Shown here: piece by piece, positions 1 to 11,879 of the stretch
How the letters are laid out: the number at the start of each line of letters is the position of its first letter
How positions within the stretch are numbered: position 1 is the first letter of the stretch
NCBI RefSeq assembly: GCF_004010195.1
Contig: NC_057719.1
Location: 47,741,808 to 47,805,807, forward strand
Direction: 5' to 3'
Length of the DNA: 64,000 nucleotides
Source: Chiloscyllium plagiosum
Taxonomy: Eukaryota
Notes under the pieces: generated by a model
Databases searched by the model: none
Seen by the model: only the letters and a program-made list of their open reading frames with translations
What the model was told of the DNA's origin: nothing
Made by a program: the position numbers and the translations under genes

Positions 1-195
1 ACACCTCATCTGTCAAGTGAAGTGTGCAAAATTTAAAGAGGAGCAGTGAGTTTTCCAAGTATACCAATTGACCTCATAGAAAACAGATTATCTTTCCTTC
101 AATTTATACCCATCTTTGGCCAATAACAATGTATGAACTTCAAAAAAATTCACTGACTTAAAAGGATAATGAACTATTGAACAATTAAGTAAATA

Positions 196-322
196 AAAGC
201 TGAAAGAACTGCGGATGCTGTAAATCAGAGACAAAATTGCTGGAAAAGCTCAGAAGGTCTGGCAGCATCTGTGAAGATAAATCAGAGTTAATGTTTCAGG
301 TCTGGTGACCCTTCCTCAGAAC
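196..322 (-). mobile_element. Penelope-derived short repeat (third family) with hammerhead-like core at 293-319
   Basis: CUGAGGA-A-GGGUC-ACCA-GACCU-GAAAC-AUU followed by the gatgctgcc...tttccagc tail. Confidence 0.6.
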
Positions 323-2359
323 AGGATTAAGTAAATAACATGAATATTGAAAATCAGACGTCAGTGGTTCCTGGGTTAAGTTTGTTTCCAGAGACCTGAG
401 CATATAACTTGGGCGTAGTATGCAGTGCACCACTGAAGATATGTTTCATTATTAGTGATGTGAGCTGAAATTTTCTCTCAGGTCAGGAATGTAAAAAAAA
501 TGCTTTATAATAACTTCATAAAATATTTAGAAATGCATTGATATTATGAAGAAAGCTTTGCTAGTTATAAAGTGTAGAACAGGTCTCTCCGGTTGCAAAG
601 AACATGTCTTTTGTACAGACATCCCTGATAAGGCTAGACCTCAAAACCCATTCAAAAACCAACCTAGAAAAGGTTAAAAACAGCCTCTCAAAAATGAATA
701 AATCATTAAGGACAGGAAAAGATTTTTTTGAAGTGATCCATGCTAGTCAGTCCTCATCAAACAAAAGACGATTGGGAAAGGATGCTTCCCAGGACCTCAG
801 CTTGAAAGGCATCGAACAGAAGAGGCGAAAGCTAAAAACTGATTAGAAATGTCTGCCACCCCCAGTGGCAGAAATTGGCTTCATCAGTCATCTGGGACAG
901 TAAACCATCCTTGCTTGTCATGGGTTATATGCTTCTCCTGCCTACTTACCTGATGCATTATTTTTAAAACTTTGATTCTTAATAAACTACTTAATGAACT
1001 GTTTTTAAATCACTTAGAACCTCAAACTTCTCTTTTGGTTGACTGTCACTCCCAGGATACAATCTTACATAAATTTGGTGGAGGGAGAATATCAAGTCAA
1101 GAAACCCTACCAGAGTTAGATTCCTGAAACGATCCTTCAGTGCCAGGCAAATTGGCATCCAGAAAGCCATTTCTCATCCAATTATGGATGGCTACCATTG
1201 CCAAAATGTGACAGGGTGGTGGTCTCCCTGCCTCTGGACCAGAAGGTCTGCGTTCAAGGCCAAACTAAGGATGTGACGACCATAGAGGTGTGTCATAACA
1301 TGACCAAACAGATTGATTAAAAATAAATTAAGGATAGCAGGCAGCCTCCAGAGGTCCTCCAGAAATTACACATCGGTAGACCTACAGATTGAGCTGGAGA
1401 TGTGAGAGAGAAAAAAAGAAAGTGAGAGAAAGGGAGAGAGGAGTGCCTGTATCTTGGGGAAACCCCCTGAACCATTTCTAAAGTTTAAGACTAGAGGCCA
1501 CAAGCAGTGTTGGAAATGAATGATCACATGACATTAATTTGAAAAGCTTTTTCATCTTGGCCAATATTTGTCCCTCAGACCCAGAGCAGTAACAGAAATA
1601 AATCTCTTATTGCTAATTGTGGGAACTTGCTGCAGTCAAATTAAATTTCACCTTTCTTATGATGTAAACATAATTTCACTTTTCACACTAATCTTGCTTT
1701 TAATGAAGGTGTTAACCTCTTTAAAGTAAATTATGTAATGCATAAAGAAATACAACTCATGTTTTCATTGAAAATGTAACTAACTATCTAATTTCAATCT
1801 AAACTAGGCTGTAGCTTTGAACCAAGTCCAAACTTAAGTCAATTTCTCCAACAGAAAAATGATACAAGGAGACATTAAGGAAAACAGAAAAAAAGAAAAA
1901 AGCAAATAAAACTGTTTGGTAATGGCTTTACATTTACGGCAACAGAAAATGTCAAAAAGAATAATTTTAGTAATTTTTATATAATTTAAATAATTTTTAT
2001 CATTCATTGTTCTTAGTAATAGTTACATGATGGAACAGGTAGAATAGGTGTTATTATTTTCTGGTGACTGGTTCACCATGAGCATCAACAACAAATTGGT
2101 CTATCCAGCTCATAAGAAAGTAGATTTTATGAGGTTATACTTCCAATGTAGAACTTTACTGTAGAGTGTTCAGCTAAATTGCTGGTCCTCTCAAAAGAAA
2201 ATTATTGGAGGGAAAACTAAAATTAAAATCAATTTTCAAATTCAAGGTAAAATTTACCCACTGAAATACATATTTAAACCTCCCAGAAAATAAATATTAG
2301 CATTTATTTTAGGCAATTAATAAATGAAAAGTTAACCAATCATAAGTAAACATATTTAC

Positions 2360-2518
2360 CTGTTTATCCTGACTTTTGGAAGACACATGCAGCAACAGCA
2401 ACAAGGCCCCACGTTCAATGAAGCGTCCACATACTGCAGCTTATCAATGGCTTCAGTTGCTCCACCAAGGTAACTTATTGCAAGATGGAAAAAAACAAAC
2501 AAAGCTACGCACGCATAA
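2360..2518 (-). CDS. SLC51A: OST-alpha-like coding exon 4: YACVALFVFFHLAISYLGGATEAIDKLQYVDASLNVGPCCCCCMCLPKVRIN; gene continues left of the window
   Basis: 159-nt exon between ttttatag and gtaaat, phases 2 to 2. Contains the diagnostic GPCCCCCxC cysteine cluster of OSTa. Confidence 0.93.
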
Positions 2519-2599
2519 CTATAAAATGGAGAAAATCATATCAGGTACTAAAATGAATTCACCATTCTTATACCAAAAGATTTCTTCAATGTTACTTAC

Positions 2600-2673
2600 A
2601 CTGCTGCCACAAAATCAACCAAAGTTCCAGCTCGTGGAACAAACATCCCCAATTGGTAGACAATAGTAGTTAC
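2600..2673 (-). CDS. SLC51A: OST-alpha-like coding exon 3: VTTIVYQLGMFVPRAGTLVDFVAA(V)
   Basis: 74-nt exon between ttctcttag and gtaagt, phases 0 to 2. LGMFVPRA corresponds to OSTa FGLWIPRS. Confidence 0.9.
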
Positions 2674-2851
2674 CTAAGAGAAAAAGAACATGATCTTTTG
2701 CACATGATTTACAGCTACTAAACTGTTTTATACATACGAAATGTTTTAAGATTGATAGGTTTAATGAGCATCCAGCTGTAATGAACATATCAATCTGAAC
2801 TCAATGCCATTTTTCATTCTATTAGTCATTTTTACATTGAGAGACTTCAAA

Positions 2852-4000
2852 GGACGAGGCATTCGACAAGGTTTCCCATGGGAGACTGATTAGCAAGGTT
2901 AGATCTCACGGAATACAGAGAGAACTAGCCATTTGGATACAGAACTGGCTCAAAGGTGGTGGTGGAGGGTTGTTTTTCAGACTGGGGGCCTGTGACCAGC
3001 GGAGTGTCACAAGGATCAGTGTTGGGTCCTCTACTTTTTCTCATTTACATAAATGATTTGGATGCGAACATCCAACTTACAGTTGGTAAGTTTGCAGATG
3101 ACACCAAAATTGGAGGTGTAGTGGACAGCGAAGAAGGCTGCCTCAGATTACAACAGGATCTTGACCAGATGGGCCAATAGGCTGAGAAGTGGCAGATGGA
3201 GTTTAATTCAGATAAATGTGAAGCGCTGCATTCTGGGAAAGCAAATCTGAGCAGGATTTCTACACTTAATGGTAAGGTCCTAGGGAGTGTTGCTGAACAA
3301 AGAGACCATGGAGTGCAGGTTCTTAGCTCCTTGAAAGTGGAGTCGCAGTAGATAGGATAGTGGTATGCTTTCCTTTATTGGTCAGAGTATTGAGTACAGG
3401 TGTTGGGAGGTCATGTTGCGGCTGTTGGTTAGGACATTGGTTTGGCCACCTTTGGAATGTTGCATGTAATTCTGGTCTCCTTATCGGAAAGATGTTGTGA
3501 AACTCGAAAGGGTTCAGAAGAGATTTACAAGGATGTTGCCAGGGTTGGAGGATTTGAGCTATAGGGAGAGGCTGAACAGACTGGGATGGTTTTCCCTGGA
3601 GCATCTGAGGCTGAGGGATGACCTTGTAGAGGTTTACAAAATTATGAGGGGCATGGATAGGGTAAATAGGCAAAGTATTTTCCCTGGGGTCAGGGAAGTC
3701 CAGAACTAGAGGGCATAGGTTTAGGGTGAGAGGGGAAAGATATAAAAGAGACCTACGGGCAACTTTTTCACACAGAGCATGGTACGGGTATGGAGTGAGC
3801 TACCAGAGGATATGGTGGAGGCTGGTACAATTGCTACATTTAAGAGGCATTTGGATGGGTTTTTGAATCGGAAGAGTTTGGAGGGATATGGGCTGGGTGC
3901 TGGCAGGTGAGACTAGATTGGGTTGGGATATCTAGTCGACATGGATGGTATGGACTGAAGGGTCTGTTTCCATGCTGTACATCTCTATGACCCTATGACA
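2852..4000 (+). mobile_element. CR1-clade LINE 3' fragment
   Basis: GVSQGSVLGPLLF, FADDTK, LERVQKRFTRMLPG; ctctatgac tail; frameshifted. Confidence 0.92.
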
Positions 4001-4886
4001 CTATATGTCATTATTAATACACAAATTGGCTAGCAAGTTCAAGGATTGAAAGATATTTATGAGATTTGAATCTCAAATTTGCCACCCTTCAGCTTACACA
4101 AATAACATTTTACATGTTGTTTTCAAGAACTTGTTGGATTTGTGCATTGATTGTCCAATAAACTCAAGACTGAAAATTAGGGCTGGATATAAGCAAGATT
4201 TTTGACATTGAAATAATAACTATTTCAATGACAATGATCCTCTCTGTCTCAGAAAGGTAACAATTTAAACTGTTCACTGTTGAGTAGTAAATTAGGTTTT
4301 TCGGATTGTATCCATTTTATGTTTTTATATTCATCTCAAAAGAATTAGCAAGCTAAAGAAACATTCAGTGTTCACACATAAAGAGCTGTCACTTGGGGCA
4401 GTGTTAAAACTGTTGGAACTGTACCCAACCACTTATCCCTTGCACCCTGTTTACCAGGAAATCCACCTGCCATCCTGCTCCAGAAATTCAAACTCTATCT
4501 ACAATCAAAACCAGTACTGTGAAAATCAAAGATTTTTGCAAACTATGTGGAAGATTGAGTTCTCCATTTTAACAGTGAACTTCTCTATCCAAAAATAAAC
4601 GTTAGAACCTAGTCTTAAACGTCAGAAATGACAGCAAGACATTTGAATAAAATTGTGGGAGAAGGAGGCAATTCATACATTATTTTACATAGTGAATTGT
4701 TTGAATCTTAATTTTAAAACTAAAGAACCAAATATTGTAGAGAGATTATTCTCTGTGAATGGTGCCTACTTGCAGTGTACTGAAACTTTATTAAGACCAG
4801 CCAAATCGTAACATACAAATATTACTACAAATACCTGTACCTGTGCAATACACCAGTATAGTAATGCACTAGAACTTGCTACTTAC

Positions 4887-5041
4887 AGGGAATATGCCAA
4901 GGACCAACAGCGTCTTCTCTCTGATTGAGTCACTTATAATATTATTGTGTAAATAGTTCCAAAGTTCAAAGAAGATAGCATATGTGGCAATTGCTATAAT
5001 ATTAAGGATCACCATAAGGGCAATTTCAGCATTACTGAGAC
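4887..5041 (-). CDS. SLC51A: OST-alpha-like coding exon 2: (G)LSNAEIALMVILNIIAIATYAIFFELWNYLHNNIISDSIREKTLLVLGIFP
   Basis: 155-nt exon between ttttttcaatag and gtaagt. Hydrophobic TM1 aligns by eye to human OSTa ALGPVELALTSILTLLALGSIAIFLEDAVYLYKN...RRTLLW. The symbol denotes family; this may be a paralog. Confidence 0.88.
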
Positions 5042-6769
5042 CTATTGAAAAAACAAAATAAGATTTACCTCAGTGCCTCAGTACATCAAATGCAAACAAA
5101 CAATTACTCAATGATATAATTTTCTTCCACTATATCTGCTTTAAACCAATATGTATAAAATGCTCTTGATATCATGGGGTAGTTGCCCCGTCAGCAGCAA
5201 GTGGAAACACCACCTGTCCATATGAGTCCACCAGTGACTTCTGATAATTTCACCCTGGAAGCATCATTTGATGCTGACAGCAGGTTTGGATTACAAATTG
5301 TTCTTGTAAAATGAGCACTCCAGAGAAGCCTAGAGTTATTACACATCTTCAGTTGTCTGCCTAAAGGTCGGGGGCATCACCTTCTTAAATCAGCGCAGTA
5401 CATATGGTGTAGCAGTTGAATACAACCCAGTGGCTCACTAGATCATTTCAGAGGACAGTGATCTGTCAACTACCTAGCTGTAGATCTGCAATCACATGAA
5501 GGCCAGACCAGAGTAGAACAGTAGATAAAGGCCACAAGTGAAATTGATTTTTTTTTCTTAAGTGGTAGTTTAATAGTTCTTTGATCATAATTAATGAGAG
5601 TAACATTGTCTTCCAGGTTTATTCCCTGCATTTAAATTCCCTCAACTGTCCTGGTGTCTGTGGAACATTAATCCAGTAATGTTACCAATATGTTACCCTC
5701 CCCAGTATCCTCTTCTTAGGTTTAATGCTGCTGAGAGGGCTGAAATAACAGTTCTGGTGAAACCTTTAAACGGCTGTGGCCAATCAAAATGTGCCGTAAC
5801 CATCTGTGTAGCAGTCCTGCTAAATAATAGCAGCAGCCTTTGTGACAGAAGAGAGGAAGCAGTTTGAATAGCTTCTCGATTTTTTGATAAACCTTTGGAA
5901 AGCAGTATTAAAAGCTGTCCCAATCGACATGCTTCTAGAAACTTTCAATCTCTTGTGAATAAACCAGCTAATATTGAGCTGAATCTTTCTGAAATATCTA
6001 GTGAAGATGTGGGATACTTCCAAGTTGTCAATCAAACTAGGTCTGTCAGGGACTAAACCAGAATGTGTGCTGAGGTCTGTCCTAGGGATCTTAAGCCCTT
6101 GAATCTAAAGGGATGAAATTTGTTTAACCTTCAACTGAGAAATGAGCCAACAATGCCAACCCACCAATGAGCTATATGGACAGAAAAAAAACATACACGC
6201 AAATAAACAGGACCTACTCCCCCCCCCACCACTCCCACCATAAACCACCACAACCATCACCACCACCATTTTTCTTTGAATTGAGATGCAAGAACCAAGA
6301 AAAAAGCTGGGCAGATACAGTGAGAATGAAAAAAAAAGATCCCCAACTTGAATAAAACTGTCTTATTTTTCATTAATGTTCAATGGCTAATGAGAACCTT
6401 GCTGGAAACAGCTGAGGAATCAATTTGCATGTATTAACATTTCATTATTACCTAATCTTACCTTATTTATATGCCAGTTGCTATTCTCCCAGGCAGTGGA
6501 GTGAAACTAGGTGGCGCTAATTCCCAACTTTAAAGTCAGAACACTGGCATCTTCTCCATGCATCTATCATGGTCAGCTTCCCCAACATCTTAGTGTTCAC
6601 TGCAAGGCAGTCACTGCCTCCATTTACAGATGTTGGCATCAGCAAAGTACCACTATCACCACATCATCATGGCATATCTTGGACCAACTCATGATACAGC
6701 TCAGCACTTCATTACTGTAGTTTGGAACTCACCCACACCTTTCATTGCAATTCCACTGCTAGGCCACTT

Positions 6770-7281
6770 AGGAACCGCCTAGGAACCCTCCAACCACAAG
6801 GGATGAACTCGGATTTCACCAGTTTCCTCATTCCCCCTCCCCCCACCTTGTCTCAGTCAAATCCATCGAATTCAGCACCGCCTTCCTAACCTGCAATCTT
6901 CTTCCCGACCTCTCCGCCCCCACCCCAGTCTGACCTATCACCCTCACCTTGACCTCTTTCCACCTATCACATTTCCGACGCCCCTCCCCCAAGTCCCACC
7001 TCCCGGTGGATGGGAGATCCCCCGAGGTGATGAGGTTATGGACGGTCTGGGAGATAATGGTTTGTTTGTTCCACCTATCACATTTCCGACGCCCCTCCCC
7101 CAAGTCCCTCCTCCCTACCTTTTATCTTAGCCTGCTGGACAAACTTTCCTCATTCCTGAAGAAGGGCTTATGCCCGAATCGTCGATTCTCCTGTTCCCTG
7201 GATGCTGCCTGACCTGCTGCGCTTTTCCAGCAACACATTTTCAGCTCTGATCTCCAGCAAGTGCAGACCTCACTTTCTCCC
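6770..7281 (+). mobile_element. Penelope-like (Neptune-type) 3' fragment with terminal hammerhead motif
   Basis: GIY-YIG C-terminal remnant, C-rich tract and conserved tail. 11-bp TSD ctaggccactt at 6759-6769 and 7282-7292. Confidence 0.8.
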
Positions 7282-7602
7282 CTAGGCCACTTTATGCACA
7301 GGTTTATGTATCCATCTCATGAACAGGGTGCATTTCAGAATTCTTAACTTGTGTTCTTCGTGCTCACTCACTTTGCACTTACTTGGATACAGACAACACC
7401 CTGTCTTGTCTTGCATTTTAGAGCAGTGAAAAGCTAGGCTGCTTGACAACTTCAGAATTGGCTGCCAATGTTTGACATGGTGTGCAGCTGAGGTTGAAAT
7501 ACTGCACCTACGATGCGGCTGCTGTCAGATTCCAGCACCAATGAGTATTTTCTCTAGAGCTAGAGGGCATAGTCTGAGAATTTGGGCCAGACCATTCAAG
7601 AA

Positions 7603-7948
7603 ATCAGTGGTTAGCACTGCTGCCTCACAGCACCAGGGTCCCAGATTCGATTCCAGCCTCGGGTGATTGTCTGTGTGGAGTTTGCATGTTCTCCCCGTGT
7701 CTGTGTGGGTTTTCTCCAGGTGCTCCAGATTCTTCCCACAGTCCAAAGATGTGCAGGTCAGGTGAATTGCCCACAGTCCAAAGATGTGCAGGTCAGGTGA
7801 ATTGGCCATGCTAAATTGCCCATAGCGATAGGTGAATTATCAGAGGGTAGTGGGTCTGGGTGGGTTACTCTTCGGAGGGTCGGTGTGGACTTGTTGGGCT
7901 GAAGGGCCTGTTTCCACACAGTAGGCAATCTAATCTAACCTAATCTAA
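7603..7948 (+). mobile_element. tRNA-derived SINE (HE1/V-SINE-like), 5' truncated, with a ~35-bp internal tandem duplication
   Basis: A/B-box-like head, central gtggagtttgca core and (aatct)n tail. Followed by a Penelope-tail piece at 7950-8076. Confidence 0.85.
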
Positions 7949-8548
7949 AAGGTGAAAGTGAGAACTGCAGGTGCTGGAGACTAGAGTCAAGAGTGTGGTG
8001 CTGGAAAAGCACAGCAGGTCAGGCAGCATCCGAGGAGCAGGAAAATCACTTTTGCCTGAAACGTAGATTTTCCTGCATTCAGGAAAAGGTTAGTAAGCAT
8101 TTCTATGCATGAAGCATTATAAATTTTTGGAATTCTGGATCAGTTGTCAACTTTAAATCCGAGATGGATAAATTTTGTTTAGCAAAATTATGAAAGGATA
8201 TGGACTAAAGGTAGGTAAATGGAATTAGGCCAAAGACCAGCCATGATCTCATTGAAGGGTGGACCAGGCTCAAGGGGCTGAATGGCCTCCTCCTGTTGTT
8301 ATGTTCTTCTGCTGTTGAATGCAAGATTATACAAGAATGGGGTCATGGAAGTGAGCCACATACTGCATGTGGCAAGCAGCAGAAAATTTGAGAAAAATTG
8401 TCAGGGCTCATGAAGAGAATGCCTCCATGAAACATCTTGAAGCTGACACAGCCAACATATGGAAAAGTTAGCCCATTGTTACTGGTTCTGGATTAGTGGT
8501 GCTGGAAGAGCACAGCAGTTCAGGCAACATCCGAGGAGCAGTAAAATC

Positions 8549-8576
8549 GACGTTTCAGGCAAAAGCCCTTCATCAG
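8549..8576 (-). ncRNA. Minimal type-I hammerhead ribozyme motif (intact core)
   Basis: CUGAUGA-A-GGGC-UUUU-GCCU-GAAAC-GUC on the minus strand. Confidence 0.7.
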
Positions 8577-8632
8577 GAATAAAGACAGAGAGCCTGAAGC
8601 ATGGAGAGATAAGCTAGAGGGGGGGGGGGGTG

Positions 8633-8938
8633 NNNNNNNNNNNNNNNNNNNNNNNNNNNNNNNNNNNNNNNNNNNNNNNNNNNNNNNNNNNNNNNNNNNN
8701 NNNNNNNNNNNNNNNNNNNNNNNNNNNNNNNNNNNNNNNNNNNNNNNNNNNNNNNNNNNNNNNNNNNNNNNNNNNNNNNNNNNNNNNNNNNNNNNNNNNN
8801 NNNNNNNNNNNNNNNNNNNNNNNNNNNNNNNNNNNNNNNNNNNNNNNNNNNNNNNNNNNNNNNNNNNNNNNNNNNNNNNNNNNNNNNNNNNNNNNNNNNN
8901 NNNNNNNNNNNNNNNNNNNNNNNNNNNNNNNNNNNNNN
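8633..8938. other. Assembly gap (306 N)
   Basis: Run of N inside a Penelope-like element, next to a poly-G tract. Confidence 1.
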
Positions 8939-10154
8939 GGGGTGGGGAGGGAAATATATCCCTGGTGGTGGAGTCTTTTTGGAGGTGGCAGAAATGTCGG
9001 CGGATAATTTGGTTGATGCGAAGTTTGGTAGGGTGGAAGGTGAGCACCAGGGGCGTTCTGTCCTTGTTACGGTTGGAGGGATGGGGTTTGAGAGCGGAGG
9101 TGCGGGATGTGGACGACATGCGTTGGAGGGCATCTTTAACCACGTGGGAAGGGAAATTGCGGTCTCTAAAGAAGGAGGCCATCTGGTGTGTTCTGTGGTG
9201 GAACTGGTCCTCCTGGGAGCAGATACGGCAGAGGCGGAGGAATTGGGAATACGGATGGCATTTTTGCAAGAGGTAGGGTGTTACTGGTGCCTTGTTTGCC
9301 TTAATTGTTTTCATTTAATTTGATCTTGATTGCTTTAAGAAACCTATTTTATGTATCTTGAGATTTAAAAAATGCTAATTATAAAGCCATACTTCATTGT
9401 TTTCATTTCAAATCCTTAATGGATCACTATTTGAAAAACATATGATACCATCTTTAACAATTCTGATCCAAATCATTGTGTATTTATGAGTGTATTAAGT
9501 CTGAATGAGTCGATATCTTTGGGGCAAAGGCAACAAAAGGGAAAATGATTATAATAAATGGGGTGGGGGGGGCAGCAACTGTATGTTACTTCATGGTAAA
9601 TATTTTATGTTGCATAAAGTGTTTAAGAAGATTTTCATCATTCAGTGAGGAGCAAATTGAGTCATGAAACAACTTAGCTTTCACCGGAAAAGCTCCCCAG
9701 CAACATTTGATGTGTTGGGAAGGCCTGTGTGCAAAATCCAAGTCAGATTTCCCATTGAGACGGCAATAGGAAAATTGTATTTCCTCCCCCTTTCCTCTTT
9801 GTGTGATCTAATGTGGGTTTTGAAAACCCGAAAAAAAAGTTCTTCCTCCTCAGAGAATTTGTGATCACTGGGGCAGTCTGCTATGGAGTCAAAAATGTTT
9901 TGAAAGGTAAATGCAAAATGACACCTTCAAATGTTAGTATTGTAGTCATGTTTTATCTTTTTTACAGTTCTAGGATGTCTGCCATCAGGACCTTAGTATT
10001 GTTAGCTTTTATACTCTTCAGATGAATTAGGATTCTAAGAGAATCAAAGGACATGGGTTTAATGCAGAAAGGTGAAACTGAAGTAGCTCGGTTATTGAAT
10101 GGCAAAGGGCTGAGTGGTGTACTCATATTCCGAGTGACATTTGGAAAGATTTGT

Positions 10155-11657
10155 AGCTCAGGTTGAGGTTCTGGATGTAAGTTTGCTCGCTGAGCTGGAA
10201 GGTTCGTTTTCAGATATTTCGTCATCATACTGGGTAACAGCATCAGTGAGCCTCCAGTGAAGCGCCAGTGGTATGTCCCGCTTTCTATTTATGTGTTTCA
10301 GCTTTGTTAGGTGGGTGATGTCATTTCCAGTTCTTTTTCTCAGAGGATGGTAGATGGGGTCCAAATAGATGGATTTATTGAAAGAGTTCCAGTTGGAATG
10401 CCATGATTCAAGGAATTCTCATGTGTGTCTCTGTTTGGCTTGTCCGAGGATAGCTGTGTTGTCCCAGTCAAAGTGGTGTCCTTCTTCATCTGTATGTAAG
10501 GATACTTGTGAGAGTGGATCATATCTTTTTGTGGTTAGTTGATGTTCATGTATCCTGGTGGCTAGTTTTCTACCTGTTTGTTCGATGTACTGACTGTTAC
10601 AGCCCTCCCAACCATCTAACCCAAACTTTGGGTCCGCTGCATAGATGACACCTTTGCCATCACCAAATGAAACAAATTAGAGGAAACCTACAACACCATC
10701 AATAATATGTTCACTGGCATAAAATTCACAAAAGAGGAAGAGAACAACAACAAACTGCCATTCCTACATGTAGAGCGAAAACGCAGTGGAGAACATCAAA
10801 CCTGCATCTACAGAAAAACAACACACATGGACCAAATACTTAACCAATCATCCCAACACCCACAAATGAAGCTGCATTAGGGCATTATTTCACCAAGCTA
10901 CCATACACTGCAGCACAGGGGAACTACAAAGAACAAAAGAGAAATACCTACACAGCATGTTCAAGAAGCATGGGTATCCAATAAACACAGTCAGCTAATT
11001 CCTCAGCAACAAACCCAAACAAGCAGACACAATGCACTCAGAAACCCTAGCCACTTTACCTGACATCAAAGACATCTCTGACATGAGCTCCAGACTACTC
11101 AGCCCTCTTAGCATCATGGTAGCCCACAAATCTACCAACACACTTAAACAGCAGCTAATGGACTTAAAATACCCTATACAATGAATGTATAGGGTATACT
11201 ATTTACAAAATACCTTGCAAGGACTGTACCAACACTACATCAAACAGGCAGAAAGCGAGCTCTACCAGGATACATAAACATCAGCTAGCCACAAAAAGAC
11301 TTAACCCACTATCACTGGTATCCTTTCATACAGACAAAAAAGGACACCACTTCGACTGGGACAACACATCTATCCTAGAACAAGCCAAACAGAGACATGC
11401 ACATAAATATCTAGATGCATGGCATTCCAACCGAAACTCTATCAATAAATATATCGACTTGGACCTCATCTACCATCCTCTGAGAAAAAGAACTGGAAAT
11501 GACATCACCCACCTAACAAAGCCGAAACACATAAATAGAAAGTGGAACATACCACCCGTGCTTCACCAGAGGCTCACTGATGATGTTACCTAGTAGGGTG
11601 ATGAAACGTTTGAAAACAAACCTTCCAGCTCAGTGAGCAACCTTACATCCAGAACTC
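10155..11657 (+). mobile_element. Penelope-like element (Poseidon-type): RT C-terminus and GIY-YIG remnant, with an inverted copy of its 3' end on the left
   Basis: PKLWVRxIDDTF, IYKIPCKDC and later endonuclease motifs in 10601-11655. About 10165-10600 is the reverse complement of about 11230-11655. Confidence 0.85.
11577..11613 (+). ncRNA. Minimal hammerhead motif of the Poseidon-type element
   Basis: UCA-CUGAUGA-UGUUACC-UAGUAG-GGUGAU-GAAAC-GUU-UGA. A degenerate inverted copy lies at 10213-10246. Confidence 0.65.
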
Positions 11658-11879
11658 ATGTTCCTCTTTCCTAGGTTCTTGGACTTTTAAAGAAGTAGCC
11701 AGCATTCTCATGACCACCATTTATCCTTTATCATAGTTGATCTTTGTTGTTTGTGGAACTACTGTCTGTGCAATTTAGCATTTGCTGACGTATTAACAAT
11801 GTTTATGCTTCAAATAAAATCATTAGTTCTGAAACATTCAGATCATTCTTAGGATATAAACAACACTGTATAAATTCGT

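Larger units (their letters stand above)
8487..9278 (-). mobile_element. Penelope-like (Neptune-type) 3' fragment spanning the gap
   Basis: PYSQFLRLCRICS...RTPLVLTFHP thumb/linker motif and hammerhead tail. 10-bp TSD tgttactggt at 8477-8486 and 9279-9288. Confidence 0.85.

Noticed and set aside
604..846. 80-aa Lys-rich ORF
   Set aside because: No recognisable domain or splice context; antisense within an OSTa-like intron.
1..2359. Further OSTa-like exons
   Set aside because: No segment with suitable splice sites and OSTa-like translation was found; the donor-like site near 945 lacks a plausible exon.
8520..9314. Long ORFs spanning the N gap
   Set aside because: Length is inflated by Ns; the real part is a Penelope fragment.
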